Positions 29,272 to 39,356 of a stretch of DNA of 64,000 bases are shown here, one piece after another. Each line of letters begins with the position of its first letter. Position 1 is the first letter of the stretch. The notes beneath the pieces are model-generated. The model made no database searches and had not been told where the DNA came from. It worked only from the letters and a program-made list of their open reading frames with translations. Position numbers and translations under genes: made by a program. Origin of the DNA: Polyangiales bacterium. GTDB taxonomy: Bacteria > Myxococcota_A > Polyangia > Polyangiales > Ga0077539. The stretch spans positions 189,093 to 253,092 of the forward strand of contig JAWKRC010000007.1 in the NCBI GenBank assembly GCA_041389825.1. Reading direction: 5' to 3'.

Positions 29272-31235
29272 TCAAGGGCCGGGGTCGCGCCGCACCAGCC
29301 TCCACACGCGGGGGCAGCCCTCGCGCTCCTCCATCCCCCAGCCCCGCCACCGGAACTGCCAGTGGTCCACGTGGGGCTCCTCCTGGACGATGTACGCCGG
29401 TCGATCGGGCGACTCGAAGCGATCGAGCAGCGCGCACCCCGCGGCCGTCGCGGGGGCCTGCCCGCGTTGACGAAGAGCACGTCCCTCGCGTCGCGGATCA
29501 CCAGCGCGTCGTCGAGCGCGTAGCCGCCCACCAGGATCACCCGCGGGCTCGACCCGATGCAGCGCTCCACCTCGCGCACCCGCGCGTCCTGACGTCCGCG
29601 GTAGTCCCTCGCCGCGACGCGGTCGACGCCGATCACCTCGGCGCCCGACATCCCCACGCCCACGGCGAGCGAGAGCGCGGCCACCGCGCCCGCGACGCGC
29701 CTCCACGGCCCGGTGCGCGCGAGGGCCAGCGACGCGAACAGCGCCGTCGCCGCGTAGAGCGGCCAGCGCAGCGTCACCGCGTGCTTGTAGGGATCGGTCT
29801 CTCCGAGCTCCGAGAGCCGCGCGCCGAAGTACGCCGCCCACGCCACGGCCACCCCCGCGTGCCACGCGCGCAAGGGGAGCGACGCCACGCCCGCCGCCGC
29901 GAGCGCGGTCACCGCGGGCAGCGCCGGCACGAGGTACCGCGGGTTGAGGAAGGGCCAGCCCCACACGTACGCGCCGCCCTCGTGCGCGCGCAGTCCGCAC
30001 GCGGCGAGCACCCCGAGGGCGACCGCAGACAGCATCGCGAGGGTCGCGTGGTCGGCCTCGTCGCGGGAGCGGCCCTGACGCCGCGCGGCGAAGACCGCGG
30101 CGACGACCCAGGGAGAGCACTGCAGGAGCGAGCGCACCGCCCACCCCGCGCCGTAGGCCGCGCCCTCGTCGACCACCCGAGGGAAGTTCGACTGGAGCGC
30201 GCCGAAGTCGACGACGAAGCCCCAGAGGGCCCGCGGGTAGCGCGAGAGCACGTCGCGCGCGGGCGTGTCGGGCACCGTGGCCGCGGCGACGCCGACGCCC
30301 GCCACCAGCGCGAGCGCGCGGGGAGAGCGGCGCGCGCACCAGAGCGAGGCGAGCCACGCGAGCACCCACCAGCGGTAGGGCTCGATGGGTTCGAGGAACC
30401 CGTGCACCGTCTGCGTGTTCTCGACGCCGGTGCACGTGTGCGCGTTGCAGGGCCCGTAGGAGATCGGGTTCCACGCGCCGAAGCGGTGGTGGTTCACCCA
30501 GGACATCAGCCCGAGCGAGGGGAGGCTCGCGAGGCCGTAGCTCGCCGCGCGCACGACGCGCCGACGGGCCGAGCCGTAGCCCAGGGTGAGGAGCCCGAGG
30601 AGCCCCCAGGGGATCGCGAGGAGGAGGTGGCACCCGAGCGCAGCGCTCGCCGCGAGGCCCATGAGCGAAGCCCAGATCGCGACGTCGGTGTCGTGCGTGG
30701 CGGAGACCGACCGCCGCCCCGCGGCGACGGCGAGCACCGCGAGGCAGCCCGCGGGCACGAAGGGCGCGACCATCGTGGCCCAGAAGCCCGAGGCGGTGCC
30801 GACGACCAGGGCCCACGCGCTCGCCGCGGCGAGGTACGGCCTGCGCGTGAGCGCGTGGACGATCGACGCGGTGGCCCAGGCCGAGAGCGCGAGCAGGAGC
30901 CACAGCGCGCGGATCACCCCGCGGTAGCCTCCGAGCTTCGCGGCGGGCGCGAGGAGGTACGACTCGGTGGCCGGGAGGATCCCCCACGCGAGCCCGTCGC
31001 GCGCGACGAACCATCGCGGGCGGAGCTCGGGGAAGTCGTCCACGGGGCCGTTGGCGAAGCCGATGGAGCCGTGGTCGGCGACGGAGCGCGCCTGCTCGAA
31101 GTGGGTCATCGAGTCGACGTCGAAGTTCGAGCGCCAGGGCGCGAGCGCGACGACGACGAGGAGCAGGGCCGCCAGCGGCGCGAGCGCGATGAGGGCGCCG
31201 CGGTGGCGATGGAGCGGGCCGTCGAAGGTCTCCAC
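29272..31235 (-). CDS. Large polytopic membrane protein, GT-C-like putative glycosyltransferase; apparent frameshift near 29465
   Basis: More than 12 hydrophobic segments. The coherent C-terminus ...GCALLDRFESPDRPAYIVQEEPHVDHWQFRWRGWGMEE ends at the 29272 stop in a second frame. Confidence 0.6.
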
Positions 31236-31258
31236 GGCCCGTGTGTCTACACCAAGCC

Positions 31259-33037
31259 TCAGCCGGCGCGGCCGAAGTCCTCGACCATGCGGGTCACGAC
31301 GTCGAGGCCGCGGGCCCAGAACTCCGGGTCGGTGATGTCGACGCCGAGGCGCGAGAGCATCGCCGCGGGCGCGTCGCTCCCGCCCCCCGCGAGGAGCTCT
31401 CGGTACTTCGGCACGAAGGCCGCCGCGTCGCGCTCCCAGAGGGCGTAGAGCGCGAACACCAGGAGCTGACCGAAGGCGTAGGAGTAGCAGTAGAAGCGGT
31501 AGTGGATGAGGTGCGGGATGGCCGACCAGCCCCAGCGGTCGGCCTCGAAGCGCTCCACGGCGTCGCCGTAGAGGCGGTCCATCTCGCGGGTCCACATCGC
31601 GCAGAGCTCGTCGGCGGGCACGGTGCCCTTGGCGCGCCGCGCGTGCGCCTCTCGCTCCCAGCGGGTGAAGGCCACCTGCCGATGGATCGTGCCGAGGGCC
31701 TCCTCGATGCGCTGCGCGAGGAGCGCGCGGCGGAGCGTGGGGTCGGTCTCTCCGTCGAGGAGGCTCCGCGCGAGCACCATCTCTCCGAACACGCTCGCGG
31801 TCTCGGCCATGGGGCTCGTAGGCCAGTAGTTGAGCGGCGACTGCCGCTCGCCCGCGAGCGCGAAGTGCACGCCGTGGCCGAGCTCGTGCGCGAGGGTGAA
31901 CACGTCGCGCAGACGTCCGTGGTGGTTGGTGAGCACGCGGGGGCCGATCCCCGGGAGCATCCCCGAGCAGAAGGCCCCGTCGCGCTTGCCCGCGCGGGGC
32001 GCCGCGTCGATGCGCCGCTCGTCGAAGAAGGCCCTCGCGCGGTCGGCGATGTCGGGCGCGAGCGCGCCGAAGGCGTCGAGCACCATCGCGCGCGAGGTGG
32101 GCCAGTCGCAGTCGCGCTCGGGCGCGGGCCAGGGGGCCAGGAGGTCGTAGCTCGCGAGGCGGTCGAGCCCCAGGGCCTTACCCTTCATGCGCAGGTACTC
32201 CTGCGCGACGGGGTAGTGAGACTCCACCGCCGACATCAGCGCGTCGAGGGTGGCGAGCGGCAGCTCGTCGTCGAGCATCGTGGGCGACTCGGGCGCCGCG
32301 TAGCCGCGCAGGTCGGTCTCGAGGCGGTGGTCCTGGTAGACGGTGTTGGTGATGTACGCGAGGAGCTCGCCGTCGGCCGCGAGCTTCTCGGTGAGCGCGC
32401 CCCACGCGGCGCGGCGCACGTCGCGGTCGGTGTCTTCGCGCAGCCCGCGCACCTCGGGGAGCGTGAGGACCTTCTTCTCTCCCTTCACGGTCACGTCGAA
32501 GCGCCAGCCCGTGGTGCGCTGGTCGTAGAGCTCGGTCCACGCGCGGCGGCCCGTGAGGTCCTTGGTCGAAAGCGCTGACTCGACCTCGCCGTCGAGGGTG
32601 TGCGGCGCCTGCGCCCGCGCGCGGGAGACGTGGTGCGCGTAGCCCGCGAGGTCGGGTGACGTCGCCCACGCCTGGGCGACGGCGTCGCTGGCCTTGCCGA
32701 GCTCGGTGTCGATGAAGCGCAGTCGGTTGGCGACGGCGGTGCCGCGCTCGCTGCACCGCGAGGCCGACGCGCGCACGGCCTCGTCGTCGCCCTCGGTGGA
32801 TTGCAGGAGCCGCGCGTACATCTGCGGTCGGTACATCGCCGCGAGGGCGTCTTCGTAGCGCGTGAGGAGCGCCGCGAGGCCCGCGCCGTCGAGGTCGGCC
32901 ACGCGGCCCTGGTGCGCGGACTCGAGCTCCGTCGCGAGGGCCTCGGCGCGGTCGAGGTCGGCCCCGAGGCCCGGGTCGTCGGGGCCCGCGTAGAGGTCGG
33001 TGAGGTCCCAGGTCGGCGTGGTGTCGGAATCGTTCAC
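31259..33037 (-). CDS. pepF: Oligoendopeptidase F (M3B)
   Basis: gagggag RBS then GTG. HELGHGVH zinc motif. Full-length M3B similarity pattern. Confidence 0.9.
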   Translation of the reverse strand: MNDSDTTPTWDLTDLYAGPDDPGLGADLDRAEALATELESAHQGRVADLDGAGLAALLTRYEDALAAMYRPQMYARLLQSTEGDDEAVRASASRCSERGTAVANRLRFIDTELGKASDAVAQAWATSPDLAGYAHHVSRARAQAPHTLDGEVESALSTKDLTGRRAWTELYDQRTTGWRFDVTVKGEKKVLTLPEVRGLREDTDRDVRRAAWGALTEKLAADGELLAYITNTVYQDHRLETDLRGYAAPESPTMLDDELPLATLDALMSAVESHYPVAQEYLRMKGKALGLDRLASYDLLAPWPAPERDCDWPTSRAMVLDAFGALAPDIADRARAFFDERRIDAAPRAGKRDGAFCSGMLPGIGPRVLTNHHGRLRDVFTLAHELGHGVHFALAGERQSPLNYWPTSPMAETASVFGEMVLARSLLDGETDPTLRRALLAQRIEEALGTIHRQVAFTRWEREAHARRAKGTVPADELCAMWTREMDRLYGDAVERFEADRWGWSAIPHLIHYRFYCYSYAFGQLLVFALYALWERDAAAFVPKYRELLAGGGSDAPAAMLSRLGVDITDPEFWARGLDVVTRMVEDFGRAG

Positions 33038-33089
33038 GGCGGCGCTCCCTCTCCCGCGGTACGATCGCGCCCGCGGAACCCGAGCATCG

Positions 33090-33650
33090 ATGACACGGAT
33101 GAGCGACGAGTGGGAGCGCAAGGAGCAGGAGCAGCGCTCCAAGGCGTGGTACGCGATCCTCGGGATGGGCGCGCTGGTGGGGGGGGCCTTCGTGATCCTC
33201 GCGTGGATCCCCGACAACCCCTTCAACGTGCCCTCGGAGCTGCCGGGGATGTCGCGGTTGAACTCCACCACGCTGAACGGCAACGCGGCGCCGGTGTTGC
33301 CCACCACCCAGTCGGCGACGCAGGGCATCGGCGCGGCGTGCAGGGTGAGCGACATCGCGCGGGTGCAATCGTGGCGCGAGCCCCTTCGCACGTACAACAC
33401 CGCCGACGCGATCACGGCCCACGCCGACCGCGCGCGGGGCTTCGAGGTCGTCGGGTGGAACGCGCTCTCCCCGGACGAGGACGCGGGCGCGGGCGCGGGC
33501 TGCGTGGTGACCTTCACGTACCGTGAGTCAGGGCGGCAGCGCGTCGCGCGGTGGGTGGTGTCCGAAGACCGTCAGACCGTCACCGCCGACGATGACCTCG
33601 CGCGCTCGCTCTCGGTGATGCCGTCGCGCGGGCGGGGGCGGCGGCGGTAG
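33090..33650 (+). CDS. Hypothetical membrane-anchored protein
   Basis: ATG 33090. Single TM (AWYAILGMGALVGGAFVILAW) then periplasmic domain. No family recognised. 3' end overlaps the convergent gene. Confidence 0.4.
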   Translation: MTRMSDEWERKEQEQRSKAWYAILGMGALVGGAFVILAWIPDNPFNVPSELPGMSRLNSTTLNGNAAPVLPTTQSATQGIGAACRVSDIARVQSWREPLRTYNTADAITAHADRARGFEVVGWNALSPDEDAGAGAGCVVTFTYRESGRQRVARWVVSEDRQTVTADDDLARSLSVMPSRGRGRRR

Positions 33651-35141
33651 TCGACCGCGGCGCCCGGCGCACCGCCGCGTGCGGAGAGCGCGGCAGTAGC
33701 CCGCGGGGCGGAGAGGCCATCCAGTACGCGCAGGGCAGCGACACGACGCACGCGGCGGCGAGCGCGGCGCGCGCGACGACGCTGAGGTCCTTGCGCGAGG
33801 GCCGCCGTCGCGGTGGAGGCGCGTAGCCCTTGAGCGCGGCGGGGCGCTCCTCGTCTCGGCCACCACCGCGAAGACCGCGAGCCCTTCGCCGCGCTGCCGC
33901 GCGACGTGATCGACCAGCTCGGCGACGTGGGCGCCCTCACGCTTCGCGTCGCAGAGCACCAACGCGACGGGGCCGAGGTCGAGGTCGGCGTAGGCCCTCA
34001 CCTGCTGCGCCGCGCGGTCGCAGTCTCCGCGCGAGTAGCGCGCCTTCACCTCGACGAGGAGCGCGTCGCCGTAGCCCTCCATCACCAGGTCGACCCGGCG
34101 CGCGCCGCCGTACGCGTCGCGGAACCTCCGCTCGCTCGACACGCGGATCGTCGCGTGGCGCCGCCGCAGGAGGTGGAACAGCCGCTCGTGGTACGCGCGC
34201 TCGCTGCGCAGCGCGCTCGGCCTCCACTCCGAGAGCGTCGCGAGGAGCGCGTCGACCAGCGGGTGCTTCGTCGCCTCGAGGCCGCCCGCGGCTGAGAGCG
34301 AGGTCGGCATCCGCGACACCACCGCGCTGGCGGGATCCTGCGCGCGCGGAGAACTCCCCTGCCCCCGCTCGATCCACGCGCCCGCGGCCCACGCGATCAC
34401 GCCGAGGAGCGCGGCCCACACGCCCGCGACCACCCACGCGGCCTTCGGATGACCGACGCCGTAGCGCGCCATCAGGATCTCGGTCTCGGCGACGACGAGC
34501 CCGACGAGGGTCATCGCGCGACCGACGTGCTGCGCGCGGATCGACCACGGCGCCTCGACGAGGTCGGCGAGCACCTCGGGCCACGCGCTCACCGCGGCGC
34601 GCGCGCGGTCGAGGGCGACGCGCGGAGAGAAGCGGCCCGTCTCGTCGTCGCGGCAGCGCGACACGCCCGCGAGGGTCGAGGCCGTGAGGACGCCCACGAA
34701 CACCACCGCCGCGACGGAGCTCACCACCCCGCCCGCGCCCACCACCTGCGCGGCGACACCGACCGCCGCGGCGGCGCCGATGAGCGCGGTGCGATGGCCC
34801 TGGAGGGTCGCGTCGACGCGGTCGGCGACGGCGAGGAGCCAGCCCGTCGAGCGGGTCGCGGCGCGGTATCCGGCCTCGGCGGCGACCACCCCTGCCGAGA
34901 GGACGGCCTCGGGCGCGGAGCGCTGCGCGGGCGTCTCGGGGGGAGGCGTGAAGGCGACGAAGGGCGCGGGCTCTGCGGCGGGGCTCGGGGCGATGGCCTC
35001 GTCGCGGTCGACGAGGTCACGCGCGCGGAGGAAGGCCGCGCAGCGCGGGCAGGTGAAGCCCGCGTCGAGGTCGGCGGCGGGGACCGTGAGGGACTGTCCG
35101 CAGCGGGGGCAGGGCTTCGTCGCGGCCGGGGGCGCGCTCAT
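33528..35141 (-). CDS. Zn-ribbon / multi-TM / PD-(D/E)XK nuclease-like membrane protein (3' end uncertain)
   Basis: N-terminal CPRCG...CPRC. Four or more TM helices. C-domain ERAYHERLFHLL...RRVDLVMEG...ALLVEVKAR fits E...D...ExK. The last ~80 codons of the ORF look like out-of-frame filler. Confidence 0.5.
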   Translation of the reverse strand: MSAPPAATKPCPRCGQSLTVPAADLDAGFTCPRCAAFLRARDLVDRDEAIAPSPAAEPAPFVAFTPPPETPAQRSAPEAVLSAGVVAAEAGYRAATRSTGWLLAVADRVDATLQGHRTALIGAAAAVGVAAQVVGAGGVVSSVAAVVFVGVLTASTLAGVSRCRDDETGRFSPRVALDRARAAVSAWPEVLADLVEAPWSIRAQHVGRAMTLVGLVVAETEILMARYGVGHPKAAWVVAGVWAALLGVIAWAAGAWIERGQGSSPRAQDPASAVVSRMPTSLSAAGGLEATKHPLVDALLATLSEWRPSALRSERAYHERLFHLLRRRHATIRVSSERRFRDAYGGARRVDLVMEGYGDALLVEVKARYSRGDCDRAAQQVRAYADLDLGPVALVLCDAKREGAHVAELVDHVARQRGEGLAVFAVVAETRSAPPRSRATRLHRDGGPRARTSASSRAPRSPPRASCRCPARTGWPLRPAGYCRALRTRRCAGRRGRLPPPPPPARRHHRERAREVIVGGDGLTVFGHHPPRDALPP

Positions 35142-35167
35142 GGGGGGCGGGAGTGTAGCTTGCGGCG

Positions 35168-35644
35168 ATGCGGTTTCGACGCGTCGCCCTCTCTGCGCTG
35201 CTCGCGTCGTGCGCGTCGTCCTCCCCGCGGAGCGCTGGGCCTCCCGCCGCGCCAACGGTCCGCGCGGAGGTGGGCCTCCCCGACGCGACCCCCGCGCGCT
35301 TCGTGAACGTCTCGATCCAGCAGGACTCGACGCCGTGGACCATGGACGGCTGCGTCTCGAACCTCTCGGGCGCGTGCTTCGCCACCCAGCGCGTACCGCT
35401 CACGGCTGACGACGAGCGCGCGCTGCGGAGCCACCTCGACGCCGTGGCGCGGATGCCCTTGTGTGAGCCCGAGGCCTTCGCGCCCGGCGACCCCGCGTAC
35501 ACCGTCTCGATCCCGAGCCGCGAGCTCGCGGGTCACCTCCCGGTGAACGCGGCGGAGATCGAAGCACGCACCGCGGGCCCCTGCGGCGCGCCCGCGCGCC
35601 TCGCGTGGTGGATCGCGCGGCGCTTCACCGCGGGCACGCGCTGA
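35168..35644 (+). CDS. Secreted lipoprotein
   Basis: MRFRRVALSALLASCASS lipobox; 158 aa. Confidence 0.5.
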   Translation: MRFRRVALSALLASCASSSPRSAGPPAAPTVRAEVGLPDATPARFVNVSIQQDSTPWTMDGCVSNLSGACFATQRVPLTADDERALRSHLDAVARMPLCEPEAFAPGDPAYTVSIPSRELAGHLPVNAAEIEARTAGPCGAPARLAWWIARRFTAGTR

Positions 35645-35750
35645 GCGACAGGCGGAAGCGCACCCGACCGCAGTGACACCCGCCCTCGACGGTCATGGGG
35701 AAGCTCACGACCGCGATGGGAGCCCCGCCGCCCCGCGGGTGTCTACCCGG

Positions 35751-36080
35751 TCACGCCTCGGGCGCGGGCGCGCGACCGACGCCCGGGACGGCGCGGTAGA
35801 CGAAGTACCCGAGCATCCCGATGGAGCCGAGGAGCGCCGTCGCGACGAGCCACGGCCACGCGCGCAAGCCCCGACGGCGGGCGTCGCGCACCACCACCGT
35901 CGACGCCACGACGAGCGCGATCACGAGGTCGAGAAAGATCTGTGTCTCCCAACCTCCCTGGATAGCCGTGTCGATGAAGCCCAGCCACCCGTGGTGGAGC
36001 GACACCCAAACGCTGAAGGTGAAGAAGGGCACGAGCACCGCGAGGGCGAGGAGCGAGCGAGAGCGGGAGCGGTCTTCCAT
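35751..36080 (-). CDS. Small integral membrane protein
   Basis: MEDRSRS... three TM helices (FFTFSVWVSLHHGWLGFIDTAIQGGWETQIFLDLVIALV). Confidence 0.5.
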   Translation of the reverse strand: MEDRSRSRSLLALAVLVPFFTFSVWVSLHHGWLGFIDTAIQGGWETQIFLDLVIALVVASTVVVRDARRRGLRAWPWLVATALLGSIGMLGYFVYRAVPGVGRAPAPEA

Positions 36081-36187
36081 GGCGATGAGTCCTCCGATGG
36101 GCCGCAACGATGCGCCGTCCGCGACGGGGGACCATGACCTCCGAGGTCATGGTCGGCGCGACCCGCGACGGTAGAGTCGCCGCCACG

Positions 36188-36982
36188 ATGAGCGCCCACC
36201 ACCTCACCTTCGGCCCGCTCCTTCGTGACCACCGCGTCGCGCGGAGGCTCTCTCAAGAGGCCATCGCGACGCTCGCCGAGGTCTCGACGCGCCACCTGAG
36301 CTACCTCGAGAACGGGCGCGCGGCGCCGAGCCGCGAGATGGTGCTCGTGCTCGGCAGCGCCCTCGACCTCCCGCTGCGCGACCGCAACACGCTCCTCGCC
36401 GCGGCGGGCTACGCGCCGGTGTACGCGTCGGCCCCGCTCGACAGCGACGCGCTCGCGCCGGTGAAGCGCGCCCTCGACCACCTGCTCGCGGCGCACGAGC
36501 CCTTCGGCGCCGTGGTGGTCGACCGCGACTGGAACCTCCTCCAGATGAACGACGGCGCGCGGCGCCTGCTCGCGTGGGCGCTCGACGGCCTCCACCCCTC
36601 GCCCGCGGTGATGGGCAACGTGCTCGACGCGACGCTCACGCCGGGCGCGCTGCGCGACCGGATCGTGAACTTCCCCGAGGTGGCGGCGACGGTCTTCGAC
36701 CGCTCGCAGCGAGAGCTCGCCGTGGAGCGCGACCCCGCGCGCCGCGACCGCCTCACGCGATGGATCGCGCGAACGCTGGTGGCCGCGAAGGAGGGCGGCG
36801 CCGCGTCGGGCGGCCCCTTCGTACCGCTGCACCTGCGCAGGGGGGACCGAGACGTGCGGCTCTTCACGACGCTCACATCACTGGGGACGCCCATCGACGT
36901 CACCGCGCAGGAGGTGCACATCGAGTCGTACTTCCCCGCCGACGACGCGACGGAGGCGTTCCTGCGCGCGCTCGCGGAGTGA
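36188..36982 (+). CDS. XRE-family HTH regulator with MmyB-like C-terminal domain
   Basis: LSQEAIATLAEVSTRHLSYLENGRAAPS HTH. MmyB-like region (DWNLLQMNDGARRLL). Confidence 0.75.
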   Translation: MSAHHLTFGPLLRDHRVARRLSQEAIATLAEVSTRHLSYLENGRAAPSREMVLVLGSALDLPLRDRNTLLAAAGYAPVYASAPLDSDALAPVKRALDHLLAAHEPFGAVVVDRDWNLLQMNDGARRLLAWALDGLHPSPAVMGNVLDATLTPGALRDRIVNFPEVAATVFDRSQRELAVERDPARRDRLTRWIARTLVAAKEGGAASGGPFVPLHLRRGDRDVRLFTTLTSLGTPIDVTAQEVHIESYFPADDATEAFLRALAE

Positions 36983-36989
36983 GCAGTGG

Positions 36990-37985
36990 CTACGCGGCGA
37001 AGATCGCGTCTCCGTCGCTCGCGGTCGCCGCGGCCGTGAGCCAGCGCGTGAGTCGGGCGACGTCTCCCTCGGCGACGACGGCGGCGTGCTGATCGGGCGA
37101 GAGCGCGACGCCACGCGCCTCGCAGAGCGTGAGGATCGCGGCGCTCATCGCGACCTGCGCCGCGTGGAGTTGGCCGCGAACGTCGTCGCGCTCGCGGCGC
37201 GCGTCGTCGCGCTCGCGAGCCGCCTCATCGAGTTGTGATTGCTGCTGGTCGGCCATCGCCTGGAGCCGCGCGACGATCTCCGACGCGTCGGGGACGAGCG
37301 CCTGGTTCGCGTAGAAGCGCAGGCGCGTTCCGACGGCGGCGAGCTCCAACCCGAGGACGGCGGAGCGGAGGTAGCCACCCTGCGGGACGCTGGGCTGGTA
37401 GGTGAGGGCGTCGAGCTCCGCGAGCCTCCACCCGCGGAGCTGGCCGTCGCGGCAATTGAAGCTGAAATACTCGGGGATGCGCCGCCGCGCGTAGTCCCGG
37501 ACGTTCTCGACGAGGTCCTTGTGCTTCTTGCCGAGGTTGCGCACCTCGACGACGACGTCGACGCCTCTGCCCTGCTCGGACACGACCCAGGTCTCGGGTT
37601 CGATGTCGGGGTCGCAGTCCATCACCGCGAGCACGTCGGGGACGATCGCCGGCTCGCCGGGGTAGAGCACGGCGAGCTCGCTCGCGATGAAGACCGCGCG
37701 ACCCGCGCGGCGGAAGTGCCCATCGAGCTCCGCGGCGATCCCGGTCTTGCGCCGCTGGTGGCGCACGCCCTCAGACATCGCCTCGCGGTACTCGTCGAGC
37801 GTGTCGAGGATCCGGTCGATCACCCGCTGCCGCTCGGCGGGGTCGAGCCGCGCCCAGGTCTCCTCATCGGGAAACACCAGCCGAGGGTCATCCCAGAAGC
37901 CGCCAGGGCGCGCGGGCTGAGAGGGTCGCACCGTCGCTCGCGGAGCCAGTACCACCGCGGGAGGTGAAGGTGCGGGCGATGTCAT
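36990..37985 (-). CDS. Uma2-family (DUF820) PD-(D/E)XK endonuclease-like protein with coiled-coil and DUF4351-like C-terminus
   Basis: PDVLAV...GVDVVVEVRN...KHKD...IPEYFSF. C-terminus AILTLCEARGVALSPDQ...LTRWLTAAATA parallels the 12668..13684 C-terminus. Confidence 0.75.
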   Translation of the reverse strand: MTSPAPSPPAVVLAPRATVRPSQPARPGGFWDDPRLVFPDEETWARLDPAERQRVIDRILDTLDEYREAMSEGVRHQRRKTGIAAELDGHFRRAGRAVFIASELAVLYPGEPAIVPDVLAVMDCDPDIEPETWVVSEQGRGVDVVVEVRNLGKKHKDLVENVRDYARRRIPEYFSFNCRDGQLRGWRLAELDALTYQPSVPQGGYLRSAVLGLELAAVGTRLRFYANQALVPDASEIVARLQAMADQQQSQLDEAARERDDARRERDDVRGQLHAAQVAMSAAILTLCEARGVALSPDQHAAVVAEGDVARLTRWLTAAATASDGDAIFAA

Positions 37986-37999
37986 GCGTCCCCCCCGCG

Positions 38000-39039
38000 C
38001 GGCGCTCACCCCCTCGCGAACCTCACGAAGGCTCGTCGCGCGACGCAGGCGACGGAGCATCCCAACGAGGGTCAGGCCCCACGCGGCGAGGCGACGTAGA
38101 CCGACGCGCGCGGAACGCGGCGATGAGGTACGGCGCTTCCAAACCGCTTGCAGTGACAACCTCGCGGTGCAGGCCGTGTACATCCCCAAGCGGGAAGACG
38201 GCGCCCCAGTAAAGCGGGTCGTAGCGGGCGGGGCAACTTGGGCATGCGCCAGACCCCCAGCACGAAGGAGCATCCCGGGATCCGCGGTCGCCGTCGCCCA
38301 CCAGAGCAGGGTGAGCCCCCGCACGAAGGGCAGGACCTGGCCGAGCACCGGAGACGCGGGCGCGGCGGCGACGAGCATCGTGCGGCGAGGGTGGAGATGG
38401 CCGCCGCGCCCATGTTGATCCAGTAGGGGGCGCGAGGTCTGACGGGCTGAGGTGAAGAAGGTGTAGCGGTAGAAGATCAGGCTGATGATCCAGGAGGTAG
38501 GCATTCCCCGCCGAGCCACATGGGCTGAGAGGAGGAGCGGCGGCTGCCACGGAGAAGGTGCGGCGCGAGCGCGCGAGGGTCGCGACGGACTGCGCGGCGA
38601 CTACCGCGACGAGCCATCCGCCGTTGATGCCCTCGGCGAGCGTGGGCTTGGCGTCCTTGACCGTGAGCAGCGCGAGGACTGTGTAGATCGAAGCAGCCCA
38701 CGACGCGCGATCGAGTCAGAGGGCGAGCGCGACGCACGAGTCCGCCGATCACGGGCACTGTGAGCCGAGCACGCAGGTGGCCGCGACGATCGTGAAGAAG
38801 CCGACCGATCGCGCGTGGCTCAACAGGTCGGACACGACCTCGCCGCGGTGTCGCGCGACCCTCACGATCAGGCAGGCCCAGAGGACGACATAGAAGGGGA
38901 CGTTCAGCGCGAAGAGCCCGCGAGCGAGCCCGTGGAGCCCCACGAGGTGACACGCGATCGAGACGATCCCGGTCGCCATCACCAGCGCAAAGTACGCTGG
39001 GTGCATCTTCGCCAGGCCAGAGGGCGCTCTCGCGGTCAT
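38000..39039 (-). pseudogene. TehA/TDT-family (tellurite-resistance/C4-dicarboxylate transporter-like) gene broken by 4 or more frameshifts
   Basis: Fragments MHPAYFALVMATGIVSIACHLVGL, DAKPTLAEGINGGWLVAVVAAQSVA, IISLIFYRYTFF, LPFVRGLTLLWW and DPLYWGAVFPLGMYT lie in three different frames. Confidence 0.55.
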
Positions 39040-39046
39040 CGACGGG

Positions 39047-39277
39047 TCAGAGGTACCGCAACAAGCCCAGGTTGAGCAGCAGGCAGGCCGCGCTCGCGCC
39101 GAGGGCGGGGAAGACCACCGACGCGTCGCCGCCGAGCCAGGCGTTCATCGTCGCGGTGAGGAGCCAGAGCTGGAGCACCACGAGGATCAGCGCGAAGCAC
39201 AGGACGCCATAGACGACAGTGATGCGCCTGACGAGGATCGGTTGCTTGTGCCCCATGGCTACACCGTACCGGGTCAC
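39047..39277 (-). CDS. Small two-TM membrane protein
   Basis: 76-aa ORF, two hydrophobic helices, immediately upstream of the TehA-like pseudogene. Confidence 0.3.
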   Translation of the reverse strand: MTRYGVAMGHKQPILVRRITVVYGVLCFALILVVLQLWLLTATMNAWLGGDASVVFPALGASAACLLLNLGLLRYL

Positions 39278-39356
39278 CTACGCCGACGGCGTGAGCCCGC
39301 TCGCCGTCGACCTCGGGTGATCTTCGGGAGCAGGCGCGGCGGAGGCCGTAGCCACG

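Noticed and set aside
27723-31595. Single 1290-aa multidomain protein
   Set aside because: An internal ~100-codon Arg/Ser-rich stretch is out-of-frame filler. The upstream membrane protein has its own in-frame stop at 29272 after a frame correction. A clean start MVAMSDVP for the methyltransferase-GT2 gene follows.
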